A stretch of DNA of 64,000 nt, taken from NCBI GenBank assembly GCA_009015555.1, contig GCA_009015555.1_3613.1; one strand, given 5' to 3'. The DNA comes from a phage. Of the stretch, positions 9,968 through 18,956 are shown piece by piece. The stretch's first letter is position 1. Every line of letters starts with the position of its first letter. The position numbers and the translations under genes are program-made. The notes beneath the pieces are model-generated. The model searched no databases and was not told the origin of the DNA. It worked only from the letters and a program-made list of their open reading frames with translations.

Positions 9968-10621
9968 TCAACTTACTTTTGAAATTACCAGTTTTTGAAC
10001 GTAGCCCTGCAACAGGGCGTAAGTTACACCACCCACATAACTACCGCCGACAGAGAGTCTCTCTCCGGCACCGAACCAGTTGGGAACAGAAAAGTTCTGA
10101 ACTTCCCCGCTCACCATATTTCTCACACGGATCTGCCGAGAGTCCGGGTAAGTTTCGATCCGCAGATTAAAAACTTGGCCCTGATTACCATTGATCGAGC
10201 AACGAACATAATTTCCGCTGTTGTCTGTTGGGAACAATTGGTGCCCTCCAACCCCAACCATGCCATAATGCGCCAGTCCGGCGACGATCCTTGTGACGTA
10301 ATCGCCAGAACACCACACCATCTGGGTTGCAGAAGGACTAAGGCTTTGGAAAACAACCTCAATCACCATAGGATCTGTGGATAGATCCACTGAATACTGA
10401 GTTTGGAAATACCCTTGGCCTTGGGCAGGTATGAACTGCATGACCCTTCCAATCCCTGCAACATCGACTATCCTTGGGCCTGTGCCGACCAAAGAGAAGG
10501 TGTGGTTTTCAGACCAGTCCTTCAAAACAGTCTCGCCGAGAGATTGCCGTGTGGCATCCACGTAGAGAATGGCATCCTCTTTGCGAGATGACTTCCCTAT
10601 AATCATTATCTCGTTCATCAA
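9968..10621 (-). CDS. hypothetical protein
   Basis: 217-aa ORF; 4-nt overlap with the downstream gene. Confidence 0.55.
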   Translation of the reverse strand: MMNEIMIIGKSSRKEDAILYVDATRQSLGETVLKDWSENHTFSLVGTGPRIVDVAGIGRVMQFIPAQGQGYFQTQYSVDLSTDPMVIEVVFQSLSPSATQMVWCSGDYVTRIVAGLAHYGMVGVGGHQLFPTDNSGNYVRCSINGNQGQVFNLRIETYPDSRQIRVRNMVSGEVQNFSVPNWFGAGERLSVGGSYVGGVTYALLQGYVQKLVISKVS

Positions 10622-10989
10622 TTTCTCCGAGGTTTTAAAACACCTGATTTTGAAAGAGGGATCTCATCGGCATCTCTGCCTTTCTCTCCATCTTTCCCGT
10701 CCTTCCCGGCCTTTCCTGGTTTGCCCTCCGGGCCTGCCGGACCCGCTGGACCTGGCACATAAACATACTGCGGTTCAGTAAACGCTGCAATAAACAGCAG
10801 TATTGCCCAAGCAACACCATTCACCCACAGTGCAGGCCACATTGAAAAGAATACCGACAGCGCCAGAATCAACATCGTATTCCGATGTTCTCTCTTGCGG
10901 GCCACGAAGTAAGGGACCAGCCAGAACAGTACAAATACCCAGGCCGAGCCTGAGAACAACGACCACATCACATCGACAAACTCTGTCAT
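10618..10989 (-). CDS. membrane protein with collagen-like Gly-X-Y repeat
   Basis: Three hydrophobic helices, then GPAGPAGPEGKPGKAGKDGKDGEKG (8 G-X-Y triplets). Confidence 0.5.
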   Translation of the reverse strand: MTEFVDVMWSLFSGSAWVFVLFWLVPYFVARKREHRNTMLILALSVFFSMWPALWVNGVAWAILLFIAAFTEPQYVYVPGPAGPAGPEGKPGKAGKDGKDGEKGRDADEIPLSKSGVLKPRRN

Positions 10990-11282
10990 TTGATCAGCCC
11001 CTCTTGGATTTTAATTTGGAGGATCTCCGCATCGATCGAGTAGGTATTGCTGGTTCGGGTGTAATCTGCATCCCGGTATCGACACATCACACCTTTGGCC
11101 TCGCCGTCTCGCTGGACCACCCAGCTTGTGTCATAATTGGGTTGGCTCTTACACACCTTGTGTAATGCCACTACCTCGGTCGGCATCAGCGATTTCTTCG
11201 ACTCATAATGATCTGGTTTCCCGTCATCGAAAGGATTGCATCCCGAAAGCAGGAGCGCCGTTAATAAAATCAGTTTCTTCAC
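10986..11282 (-). CDS. lipoprotein
   Basis: GTG start giving KKLILLTALLLSGC (signal peptide plus lipobox). Track ORF begins 26 codons further upstream at a TTG. Confidence 0.5.
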   Translation of the reverse strand: MKKLILLTALLLSGCNPFDDGKPDHYESKKSLMPTEVVALHKVCKSQPNYDTSWVVQRDGEAKGVMCRYRDADYTRTSNTYSIDAEILQIKIQEGLIK

Positions 11283-11431
11283 ATCCACCCCCAGTATTTC
11301 GAAAGTTCTGTGGAGATCATGATCCCCACGACATAAGTCATTGAGAAAACCACGGTCCAATACATGAACCGGGTCCCAGCCATCGCTACCATAATGAACA
11401 ATATAACAAAAGTTTCAGGCGCGATCAACAT
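11279..11431 (-). CDS. small hydrophobic protein (50 aa)
   Basis: Hand-translated MLIAPETFVILFIMVAMAGTRFMYWTVVFSMTYVVGIMISTELSKYWGWM; stop overlaps the lipoprotein GTG (GTGA). Confidence 0.35.
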   Translation of the reverse strand: MLIAPETFVILFIMVAMAGTRFMYWTVVFSMTYVVGIMISTELSKYWGWM

Positions 11432-11844
11432 TTTGTTGCTCCCTTGCGACGTTTATCTTCATCTTCAATAGCCTCGTCTTCTGCCCGGGCCAAGATCTGA
11501 TAGATTGTCTCTGGATTGTCGAGGAACTCTGTATACTTCTTGATCCTCACTGCCAACTTGCCACGGATCTTACGCTCCTGCATCTGCTGGTTCTGCATGA
11601 AACCACGCTGGTACAGGATGAAATAGTATACCTGCTTTGCTCGATTACGATCGCAACCCAGTGCATGGGCGAAGTCATTGAAGCAGTCGCTGTCGTGTTT
11701 GACCATGAAAATGTCCCAGAACACCTCACGCGCTTTTGCAAGCTCCTCGGGAGTCACTTTTGGGAACTCCGGGTCGCCATAGCGTGGATGCTTTTTGCCA
11801 GCCCACTCGGGTTTTGCCGGATAAACTTTTCTTGTATTGCTCAT
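11425..11844 (-). CDS. hypothetical protein
   Basis: GAGGAG RBS before ATG at 11844; track start is an upstream TTG. Confidence 0.55.
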   Translation of the reverse strand: MSNTRKVYPAKPEWAGKKHPRYGDPEFPKVTPEELAKAREVFWDIFMVKHDSDCFNDFAHALGCDRNRAKQVYYFILYQRGFMQNQQMQERKIRGKLAVRIKKYTEFLDNPETIYQILARAEDEAIEDEDKRRKGATKC

Positions 11845-11910
11845 TTCATCACTCCTCAAGGTAAAACGTTATTCCACAGGATGGGGGCCGAAGCCCCCGA
11901 TATTACTTAC

Positions 11911-12603
11911 TTAATCACAGGACGAGGAACTTGAACCGCTGTCATACGAACTGGAGTCGTAAGAACTGCTGGAAGAAGAACCATAGCTCGAACTGCTGTA
12001 GCTGTCGTCAGAAGACGAGTAGCTTGAACTGTACGTTGAGGTCGCAGAGGAACTGCGGCACTCTTCCACCGGGGCAGGCTGCGCCGCCGGGGTGTCGTCA
12101 CTCAGGATCGCTCCGGCTGCATAGCCGTACATCGCCGCGTTTACGGGATCAATACCGTGAGAAACGACATGACCACCTGTGCTGTGCGGGGTATCGTCAA
12201 GACGTCGGCTTGGGGCCGGAGAACCGGACATCTTAGCCTGCTTGATGAACTGACGCTTCGCCTTCGGCGGTAGAGTCTTACCCTTCGCATACGCTGGCAG
12301 TTCCACACCTTTAAGCTGCTCGTTCAGAGGCTTTGGTGGGGTCTTTTCCACCGGGGCCTCACGAACAGTCTGGCGAGTTTCTACTGTCACCACGCGCTTG
12401 GTGTTTTCTGCTACATTTGCACTTACCAAGACTTGGTTCTTTTCCAGAGGCTCGTCCAGCGGACGGGTTTCAGCCTTGGTAAAGCGTACCTGACTTACGG
12501 TCTGGGCCTGAGATTGTTTGGCGATATACTCGTCAACCTTTGCGTCTTCGATCTTCGCCGGGGCGAACAGGGCTTTGATCCACGCCACAAATTTCTTGAT
12601 CAT
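11911..12603 (-). CDS. hypothetical protein with Ser/Tyr-rich low-complexity C-terminus
   Basis: 230-aa ORF; C-terminal SSYSSSDDSYSSSSYGSSSSSSYDSSSY. Confidence 0.5.
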   Translation of the reverse strand: MIKKFVAWIKALFAPAKIEDAKVDEYIAKQSQAQTVSQVRFTKAETRPLDEPLEKNQVLVSANVAENTKRVVTVETRQTVREAPVEKTPPKPLNEQLKGVELPAYAKGKTLPPKAKRQFIKQAKMSGSPAPSRRLDDTPHSTGGHVVSHGIDPVNAAMYGYAAGAILSDDTPAAQPAPVEECRSSSATSTYSSSYSSSDDSYSSSSYGSSSSSSYDSSSYDSGSSSSSCD

Positions 12604-12815
12604 ACTTTCTCTCCTTTCTCGTTGAGAACAGTTAGGTAATTGGTGCCCAGCAAGCCAGCGGAGATCAGATCATCAATACCCGCCTGCCCGGTAAGGCCGT
12701 CTTCGAAACAATCCTTCAGATTGTCGTTGTTGAGCATCCAGTTATTGGCGGCTTCCTCTGAAGTAAACAGAACGCCCTCCTGACCAACATCCCATTCGCA
12801 GAAAATCTCAAACAT
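12600..12815 (-). CDS. hypothetical protein
   Basis: 71-aa acidic ORF; ATGA overlap. Confidence 0.45.
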   Translation of the reverse strand: MFEIFCEWDVGQEGVLFTSEEAANNWMLNNDNLKDCFEDGLTGQAGIDDLISAGLLGTNYLTVLNEKGEKV

Positions 12816-12816
12816 C

Positions 12817-13146
12817 TCACTTCCTCCTCTTATTGTAAACTTCCCTCGCCCATTTCACAGCCGCTTCAAGTACGTCTCCGTGACATGGGTGGGGATGACA
12901 AAAGCATACCAGATCTTTACCTTCCAAATCAAGAAGATCTTCAATGGTAATTTTCCCGGTACGAATCTGTTCCCACAACCAAACACGGTAGCGTTCGATA
13001 GTGGCCCCTCTCGGCTCGTCTTTCGACAGCTTGAAGGGGTTTGCAAACTTAGACTGCTGTAGCCCGAAGTGGGGCATCCTGCGTCCTATGTATACAGCAT
13101 TATCCGGGATTACTTTACTCAGGTGGTAAAAGTTAAGGACCGCCAT
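12817..13146 (-). CDS. DUF4326-like protein
   Basis: Motif NPF...GK.L.CFCHP.PCHGD typical of a widespread phage domain of unknown function. Confidence 0.45.
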   Translation of the reverse strand: MAVLNFYHLSKVIPDNAVYIGRRMPHFGLQQSKFANPFKLSKDEPRGATIERYRVWLWEQIRTGKITIEDLLDLEGKDLVCFCHPHPCHGDVLEAAVKWAREVYNKRRK

Positions 13147-13436
13147 TATCGGTCGGCCTTTAACTTCTTGTCAACCTCCGCCACCATACGGTTCAGTTCA
13201 GCCATTTCTTCGTCCAGCTTCTTGTTGATAGGTTTCCCAAACAACCAGAATTTATCCTTCGCAAAGTCCACCTTGTCGGCTGTCCACTGGCAAAGGTCTT
13301 CCAACTTTCCCGCCAGGAAACTGCCAAAGGCAGCGAGCAGGCTGAACGGAATCAGTACCGCACGATGTGGGTTAAGCACAATGAGCGCCGTCAGCAGAAG
13401 AATGACTTTAGCAAACTTCGACAATACCTTCAACAT
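13146..13436 (-). CDS. membrane protein
   Basis: Two hydrophobic segments; start moved to an internal ATG to avoid overlap. Confidence 0.4.
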   Translation of the reverse strand: MLKVLSKFAKVILLLTALIVLNPHRAVLIPFSLLAAFGSFLAGKLEDLCQWTADKVDFAKDKFWLFGKPINKKLDEEMAELNRMVAEVDKKLKADR

Positions 13437-13437
13437 T

Positions 13438-13671
13438 TTATCGCTCCAAAAGTTCAACAGCTTGATTCACCAACGCTTGCAGTTTGAGAAGGCCCGCTTT
13501 GTCGAGGAGTATGATATCGCAGCCTTCATCATCCCCTCCTTGGTTCAACCCGAAAGATGAGGATGTTTTGCACACCCACACTTCGGTTTCCCCACCAAGA
13601 TCCCCGCCATCAATTTTGGCATGGTAGGTCTCAAACTCCGGACGGATACTTGGGTCAAGTACCAGCTTCAT
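13438..13671 (-). CDS. hypothetical protein
   Basis: 77-aa ORF, operon context. Confidence 0.4.
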   Translation of the reverse strand: MKLVLDPSIRPEFETYHAKIDGGDLGGETEVWVCKTSSSFGLNQGGDDEGCDIILLDKAGLLKLQALVNQAVELLER

Positions 13672-14072
13672 CAGTTCCCCTCCAAACGAACATGTGGGTC
13701 AGCAAGATCATCCAACCCGTAATCCCAGAGGTCCATCCCGAAGTGACGAACGCCATCCTCTGGCTCGTAGCCCGGTCGGGTGCATGGAGACACCCAAATA
13801 CCTTCGACATTTGCTTCGATAAGCCCCTCGACACCAATACGGCTGTATGTCAGATAAGGGACCAACACCGGGTCTTTTTCGCCGCAGCCGCAGTCACAGA
13901 CCCATGCTTTTCCTTCCCCGATATACGGAAGTTTCTCTGCCGGGATGAAATTTAACTGTGCCAGAGGGAATCTTTGGATCATCGCCGCCTGGTAGTCCGG
14001 GCCTACCAACCCGGATACGAAAGCATTGACTTCTTCAGATTGCTTCTCAACGAGTTCGCCGTTATTTAGCAT
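13671..14072 (-). CDS. hypothetical Cys-rich protein
   Basis: 133 aa; CDCGCG cluster. Confidence 0.5.
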   Translation of the reverse strand: MLNNGELVEKQSEEVNAFVSGLVGPDYQAAMIQRFPLAQLNFIPAEKLPYIGEGKAWVCDCGCGEKDPVLVPYLTYSRIGVEGLIEANVEGIWVSPCTRPGYEPEDGVRHFGMDLWDYGLDDLADPHVRLEGN

Positions 14073-14409
14073 CCAAAAGCTCCTTCTTGGTTTTGATTTC
14101 CTGATTAACTTTCACGTAAACATCCTTGGCGATCGGCTTGTAACAGCGGTTGTCAGAGAAGATGTACCCGGCCTGTTTGGCTTCGTACTTCTCACACGTT
14201 GCATAGTGACGCTTGTAATCACCGTAGTCCATACGAATGACCAGGGGAGACAAGATGAACCCCCAAAAAATAACCCCAACCCCCACACCTGCCAGTTTAT
14301 ATTTCCATGACTCACCGAGGCCCTGTACAAATCCAAAAAGTGCGCCTGCAATCACGAACACCAGGATAACTTCAGCGTTTTGCATCAAAAACTCAAAGAA
14401 ACCAATCAT
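14062..14409 (-). CDS. membrane protein
   Basis: Three hydrophobic segments. Confidence 0.45.
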   Translation of the reverse strand: MIGFFEFLMQNAEVILVFVIAGALFGFVQGLGESWKYKLAGVGVGVIFWGFILSPLVIRMDYGDYKRHYATCEKYEAKQAGYIFSDNRCYKPIAKDVYVKVNQEIKTKKELLDAK

Positions 14410-14419
14410 CTACTTCTCC

Positions 14420-14641
14420 TTAAAAATCAAACTGTTTAGTTAACTTTTTCATCGTGCCCTGATAAGACGGGTGTAGTTTGTAATTACACCCCTTCTCAAC
14501 ACACCAATCCGAAGCGGGGTTACGAAGCGCCACCAAACCACACCAGGCGCAGACTTGCTTGCCTGCGTGTTTGTCCAGATAGAAGTGGTGACGCTCATAA
14601 TGGTACTCTTCTTTCTGGCCCTTGTCTACCTTTTTCACCAT
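14420..14641 (-). CDS. zinc-ribbon-like small protein
   Basis: CAWCG ... CNYKLH spacing. Confidence 0.45.
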   Translation of the reverse strand: MVKKVDKGQKEEYHYERHHFYLDKHAGKQVCAWCGLVALRNPASDWCVEKGCNYKLHPSYQGTMKKLTKQFDF

Positions 14642-15309
14642 CCGAATTTCTCCGTTGGGAGGTAAACTTGCTGCTGATTACGCAGAACCAGCCGCAGATC
14701 TTTTTGTGGCTCAAGATAGTCAGTCTCGGTCACACGAATAAGGTATCGCCAGCCCGGCGCACGGGCCTGCTGTGCGGTGTGAAGTTCCCACCAGTCCCAT
14801 TCCACCACCTGCCCATCCGGTGCGTCGTAGGTGTCGAGAAGGCCCTTATTGTCCATCTCACAAACCTGACTGGAGATTCCGGCGTACAGGTTCGGGAGGT
14901 TCTCCGTCACGAGGTTGATGTTTCGTGAGGCAATGAACTTCGTCGGGCAATCTCCGCCGACAACCAGCAGGTGGTAACGAGGTGAGTCGGAACCGATCTG
15001 CATGTGGATGTGCGGAGCGCCGGAGGCCGGAGACAGAGACTTCCCGCCACGAGGAACGCCGTCCGTGTGCCAACCAGGGATCGCAGGGATCATACCCGGC
15101 ATTAGCATGTGGGTCTTCACGTCAACCACGATATGCTTTTTGTCGCCACGGATGTTCATCGCTTGCAGGGCGGCGCGGGTCACGTCCCCACCGAAGCGGA
15201 AAGCATCATCGAACGATGCGTTCCACAGGCCCTGTGTGTTCTTGATGTCGTCCTGAGACGGCTTCTCGATCTTATTGCCAAACTGTACTTCGCCACGGTT
15301 AAATTTCAT
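14635..15309 (-). CDS. hypothetical protein, possibly cupin / 2OG-Fe(II)-oxygenase-like
   Basis: H-x-D ... H spacing (WHTDG ... HIHMQ); weak, by eye only. Confidence 0.5.
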   Translation of the reverse strand: MKFNRGEVQFGNKIEKPSQDDIKNTQGLWNASFDDAFRFGGDVTRAALQAMNIRGDKKHIVVDVKTHMLMPGMIPAIPGWHTDGVPRGGKSLSPASGAPHIHMQIGSDSPRYHLLVVGGDCPTKFIASRNINLVTENLPNLYAGISSQVCEMDNKGLLDTYDAPDGQVVEWDWWELHTAQQARAPGWRYLIRVTETDYLEPQKDLRLVLRNQQQVYLPTEKFGW

Positions 15310-15318
15310 TTCGTCACC

Positions 15319-15567
15319 TCATTGATATTGGGCTTTCCAGGTAATTCGTCCGGTCTTGCATACAAACTTGTCTTCAACAACCAAGCCGCTGAAGGCACCG
15401 TCCGGGGCGTTGACCACGGAGTTGACCATCCGCTGCTCCCCAGTCTTTACACATCCGTCCTTGAAGTCTTGGTATTCCTGCATCAGGTAACCAACGAGAC
15501 CAAGTATAATCAAACCGCCGATGAAAGTAAACCACAATTTGAACCAAAAGTTACTATTTTTACGCAT
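15319..15567 (-). CDS. small membrane protein
   Basis: Start re-chosen at MRKNSNFWF..; one TM segment. Confidence 0.4.
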   Translation of the reverse strand: MRKNSNFWFKLWFTFIGGLIILGLVGYLMQEYQDFKDGCVKTGEQRMVNSVVNAPDGAFSGLVVEDKFVCKTGRITWKAQYQ

Positions 15568-15796
15568 CCGAACCCCCGAAGATCTTGTACGCCTTGCTGT
15601 AATCAATGTGCCCTTCCACAACGTGAGTCTCTTTCTTCAGGCACTTGCAGCAGATCCGGTACACATTCGTCTGCTTCGACTCCGGGACAACGTATGCCGG
15701 AGTGTCGTGGTGCCGAGTGACGTGCAGGTTCTGGGTTATTTCCCAAGTGTGGTCGCAGGTACGCTCTTTCTTTCTCTTTTTGCTGAACCAACCCAT
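15560..15796 (-). CDS. Cys-rich small protein
   Basis: CDH ... CCKC pattern. Confidence 0.4.
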   Translation of the reverse strand: MGWFSKKRKKERTCDHTWEITQNLHVTRHHDTPAYVVPESKQTNVYRICCKCLKKETHVVEGHIDYSKAYKIFGGSDA

Positions 15797-15797
15797 C

Positions 15798-16016
15798 TTA
15801 CACCCCCGGTGGTAAAGTTACGCCGCCGACGCTACGGCAGGCTGACAGGTACTGGGCTTGCGCCCGTCCGGCGTGAGCACGAAGCTCCTCATTCTCAATG
15901 TTCTGGCACTCAATGAACTGGAGCATTTCCCACAGTTTGTCGATAAGGACATCTTTCTTCAGGGATTTCCAGTGTTTGCGGAAGGCAACCTCATCTTCAC
16001 TCATCAGTCTTTTCAT
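15798..16016 (-). CDS. hypothetical protein
   Basis: Start re-chosen at an internal ATG abutting the upstream stop. Confidence 0.4.
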   Translation of the reverse strand: MKRLMSEDEVAFRKHWKSLKKDVLIDKLWEMLQFIECQNIENEELRAHAGRAQAQYLSACRSVGGVTLPPGV

Positions 16017-16384
16017 TACATCTTCCTCATTTTCTTGATGTTTTTTGGGGACACGTAAGAGATATTGTTGAAAATCTTCATCTCTTCGGTGGAAACGCAC
16101 ACATTGTCTGTTTCTGCACAGAACGTACTGCCGAGCCACACGTACATGCAGCGCTCATCGCCGATGCCGAAGCATGGCTTGTCCCGGAGGTCACCGAAGA
16201 TAAAGTTTTCATCCTTGTCCATCGGTTTCCCGTCAATAAAGATAATATACCCCTCGTCCTTTAGTTGCTGAATCTCAAAGGCCCGGTCAAAACCCTTCAT
16301 GAAGCGACGGTATGAAGACTTATTCATGAAATCACTTTCGTGGATGATTGCAGAACTTACCTGCGTGATTTTGGTGTTGGTCAT
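16016..16384 (-). CDS. hypothetical protein
   Basis: 122-aa ORF. Confidence 0.5.
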   Translation of the reverse strand: MTNTKITQVSSAIIHESDFMNKSSYRRFMKGFDRAFEIQQLKDEGYIIFIDGKPMDKDENFIFGDLRDKPCFGIGDERCMYVWLGSTFCAETDNVCVSTEEMKIFNNISYVSPKNIKKMRKM

Positions 16385-16452
16385 GTCTTTTCCTCTTTGT
16401 TGTCGATGAGAGGATTATGCGGGAAATCAGGAAGGAAGTCAACAATTTTGTG

Positions 16453-16481
16453 CAAATAAAAAGGCCACCCGAAGGTGGCCT
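16453..16481 (-). terminator. rho-independent terminator (minus strand)
   Basis: On minus strand GGCCACC-TTCG-GGTGGCC followed by TTTTTATTT. Confidence 0.75.
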
Positions 16482-16486
16482 TAATC

Positions 16487-16885
16487 TTATTCAGCGTCCA
16501 GCGCCGCCAGTTCCGCACGAAGCTCTTCTGGGGTCTTGGACTGAACTTCACGCTGCTCGGCTTCCGCCAGGGCGTTGATCAGTTTCTGACGCTGCGCCGC
16601 CTTGTTCTGCGCTGCAACGCGCTCTGCCGCTTCGGTCTCTTTCACGCCGATCACGTGCTTAACGATCTCCAGCTTCAGTTCCAGATCTTTACGCACGGCG
16701 TTTTTGTTCTGGGACAGGAAGGACTCTTCCTTCTCTGCATTGATCTGGCGGTTGATACCCTTCGCCACTTCATCCAGTTGGGTCAGAGACAGATCGAACA
16801 GGTCTTCAGTCGCCAGTGACGCGAAGCGTGGGGAAGCGAAACGGATTTTTGCACGTGCTGCGATTTCAAAGATGTTGGTAGACAT
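16487..16885 (-). CDS. hypothetical coiled-coil protein
   Basis: GAGGAG RBS; own promoter upstream and terminator downstream. Confidence 0.6.
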   Translation of the reverse strand: MSTNIFEIAARAKIRFASPRFASLATEDLFDLSLTQLDEVAKGINRQINAEKEESFLSQNKNAVRKDLELKLEIVKHVIGVKETEAAERVAAQNKAAQRQKLINALAEAEQREVQSKTPEELRAELAALDAE

Positions 16886-16917
16886 TGTATTTCTCCTCAG
16901 TAATTAAGTTCGGGTTC

Positions 16918-16946
16918 ATTATGGGGCCTTTCGGCCCCGCTGTCAA
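16918..16946 (-). promoter_or_regulatory. sigma70-type promoter with GC hairpin in spacer (minus strand)
   Basis: Minus strand TTGACA-gcGGGGCCgaaaGGCCC-CATAAT. Confidence 0.7.
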
Positions 16947-18956
16947 TTAAAAAATCACTTTCAGTGTGCGGGTGAATGCACCAGTCACTTTCACCGTCAG
17001 TTCGTTGCGCTGGGTATCAGAGAAGCCCAGGCCAGACAGTTGTTCGTCAGAGGCCGGAACCTTCATCTTACCTGCCAGATGCTCGAACACTTTACGGTGC
17101 TCGTTCAGTTCGTTACGCAGATACTCGTTGTAGAAACCGCGAGTAGTGCCCGGCTGTTTTGCGCCTTCCAGCATGAAGAAGTAATGCTTGTTACCAATCG
17201 CCTGACCGTCCCAGTGGTTCGGAGAGTTCATGATTACAGACACCTTCTGGAACTGCTCGGTAGCCATTCCCCACACATCTTTAGACTGCTTGCTGTGTGG
17301 CAGTGATTCAATGACCTCCACGCCACCTTTACGGGTGTAACGGAAGGTGATTACATCAACATCGCTACCGCGAGACATCGCCTGTGGACGACTAAACTCC
17401 AGCGTTGTATTGCCATGCTCCAGTTCAAGAGTGAAGCCAACACGGTCACGAGAACGAACATTGTACTGGTTCACCCACACCTTATAAATACCTTCTTCGA
17501 TCTGACTCTCGCGTTCGAAGATGATGTTCTCAACAGGGTTCAGATCATCATGCTTATCCATGCCGTTCATATCCAGGTCCAGATACGCACCGCCACCACG
17601 ACGATTACCGTAATACAGGTGCTCACCGCGAGGGGTACGCATATGCAGGTCAAGGTCATCGCCATTGTTCCACGCCAGAGAGATACGCAGGGCACCCTCC
17701 ACTTTACCACCCGCTGCTTTCACACGCTCTTTAATAGAGTCAGTAACTTCACCATTGTAAGACCAGGAGAAGTTGTTGTCCCACTTCAGCATGTTCGGAG
17801 CGTCCGGATATACCGGGGCCACCAGAGACACCAGGTTGCCAGTGTGGCGGTTCTCAACCAGCGCTTCGATGCTTGTTGCCGTCGGCAGAACTTCACGGAT
17901 GAATTTCTCGATGGAGATCTCTTCCACGTTAGCCGGGCCTTTAACAGGCTTCTTCGCCCCTTTCAGCAGGTCACCGAACACATCTGTGGCCTTCTGGGTG
18001 TTGCGGTCAGCAAACAGCACGTTGTTAACGGTCAGGTCTTCCAGTACAGCGTAGCGGCGAGGCAGAGAGTCCATCAGACCCAGTTGCTGAACCTTCTCCT
18101 GTGCTTTCTTGATCATCGCTTCGGTAACCAGCGCAGTCGGGCGCTTGTAGTTTGCCGGGGCCATAACCTTTTCCCAGCGCTTAACCGCAGATTCGATATC
18201 CATACCGCCGGACAGATCTTCCAGCAGGTTGCCGATCGCAGTATTACGGAACTTACCGCGCTCACCCAGCTTCAGGCCGTTTGTCCACACGAACGCTTCT
18301 TTACCTGCGGTATCCAGAGCATCGTATTTGTTCTTCAGGTCGAGGAACAGGTTGACGCTGGCGATCTGCTCGTTACCACGGTACAGGGAACCCTGTGCGT
18401 TCAGTTCGATGATCGTTTCTGCTGCGTCGGCAGTCAGTTCAATCAGGCTACGCTCCAGAACCTGCACGTTGCTACGAGAGCGGCTCAGGGCAGTTGCGAT
18501 ATCTGAGTTTGGCTTCACGAAGTTCTGCGGCAGAACGGCGTGGAAGTGGTTATACGTCACGACCTGATCGTTTTCCAGAACGTTGCTTTGTGCCGTACCC
18601 ACCTTAGTGGTGAAGTGCAGGAACTCGTCAGCGATCGGTGCTGCATGGATCAGCTTGGACAGCGAGTCAACCACCGCCTGGTAGTAACCCGGCACCTTGA
18701 TGTCCCAGATGGAGACACGCTTACCGTCAACGAAGGTCACCACACGACCAACATCACGGATGAATTGCTTACAGCAGTTGCAGTCGTACTCACGGCGCTC
18801 ACGGAACATCAGGTTGGTGCCCGCCGGGAATGAATCGAGATAATGGTTCCACACGACGTCTTTGTCAGCAGCCACTTCAAACAGGCCAGTTTTAGCCATC
18901 TTGGTCAGTTGTTTCTGGATAGCCAGTACGAAGTTATGATAGTTGTTAGTGCTCAT
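16947..18956 (-). CDS. large hypothetical protein (669 aa)
   Basis: Long uninterrupted ORF; N-terminal CNCC cluster; C-terminal Gly/Asp-rich region (WNNGDDLDLHMRTP ... LDLDMNG). No family recognised. Confidence 0.7.
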   Translation of the reverse strand: MSTNNYHNFVLAIQKQLTKMAKTGLFEVAADKDVVWNHYLDSFPAGTNLMFRERREYDCNCCKQFIRDVGRVVTFVDGKRVSIWDIKVPGYYQAVVDSLSKLIHAAPIADEFLHFTTKVGTAQSNVLENDQVVTYNHFHAVLPQNFVKPNSDIATALSRSRSNVQVLERSLIELTADAAETIIELNAQGSLYRGNEQIASVNLFLDLKNKYDALDTAGKEAFVWTNGLKLGERGKFRNTAIGNLLEDLSGGMDIESAVKRWEKVMAPANYKRPTALVTEAMIKKAQEKVQQLGLMDSLPRRYAVLEDLTVNNVLFADRNTQKATDVFGDLLKGAKKPVKGPANVEEISIEKFIREVLPTATSIEALVENRHTGNLVSLVAPVYPDAPNMLKWDNNFSWSYNGEVTDSIKERVKAAGGKVEGALRISLAWNNGDDLDLHMRTPRGEHLYYGNRRGGGAYLDLDMNGMDKHDDLNPVENIIFERESQIEEGIYKVWVNQYNVRSRDRVGFTLELEHGNTTLEFSRPQAMSRGSDVDVITFRYTRKGGVEVIESLPHSKQSKDVWGMATEQFQKVSVIMNSPNHWDGQAIGNKHYFFMLEGAKQPGTTRGFYNEYLRNELNEHRKVFEHLAGKMKVPASDEQLSGLGFSDTQRNELTVKVTGAFTRTLKVIF

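Noticed and set aside
11860-11910. Promoter call for the hairpin region upstream of gene 11425-11844
   Set aside because: The GGGGGCC-GAAG-GCCCCC hairpin is present but no acceptable -35 hexamer sits at the right distance; it is kept only as a member of the hairpin family.
17415-18506. 363-aa plus-strand ORF antisense to the 669-aa gene; likewise 20889-21611 and 22060-22704 opposite the polymerase, and 30692-32182 (496 aa) opposite the primase-helicase
   Set aside because: These are shadow ORFs on the opposite strand of long genes that have strong motif support; the translations are Arg/Leu/Cys-rich low-complexity sequences.
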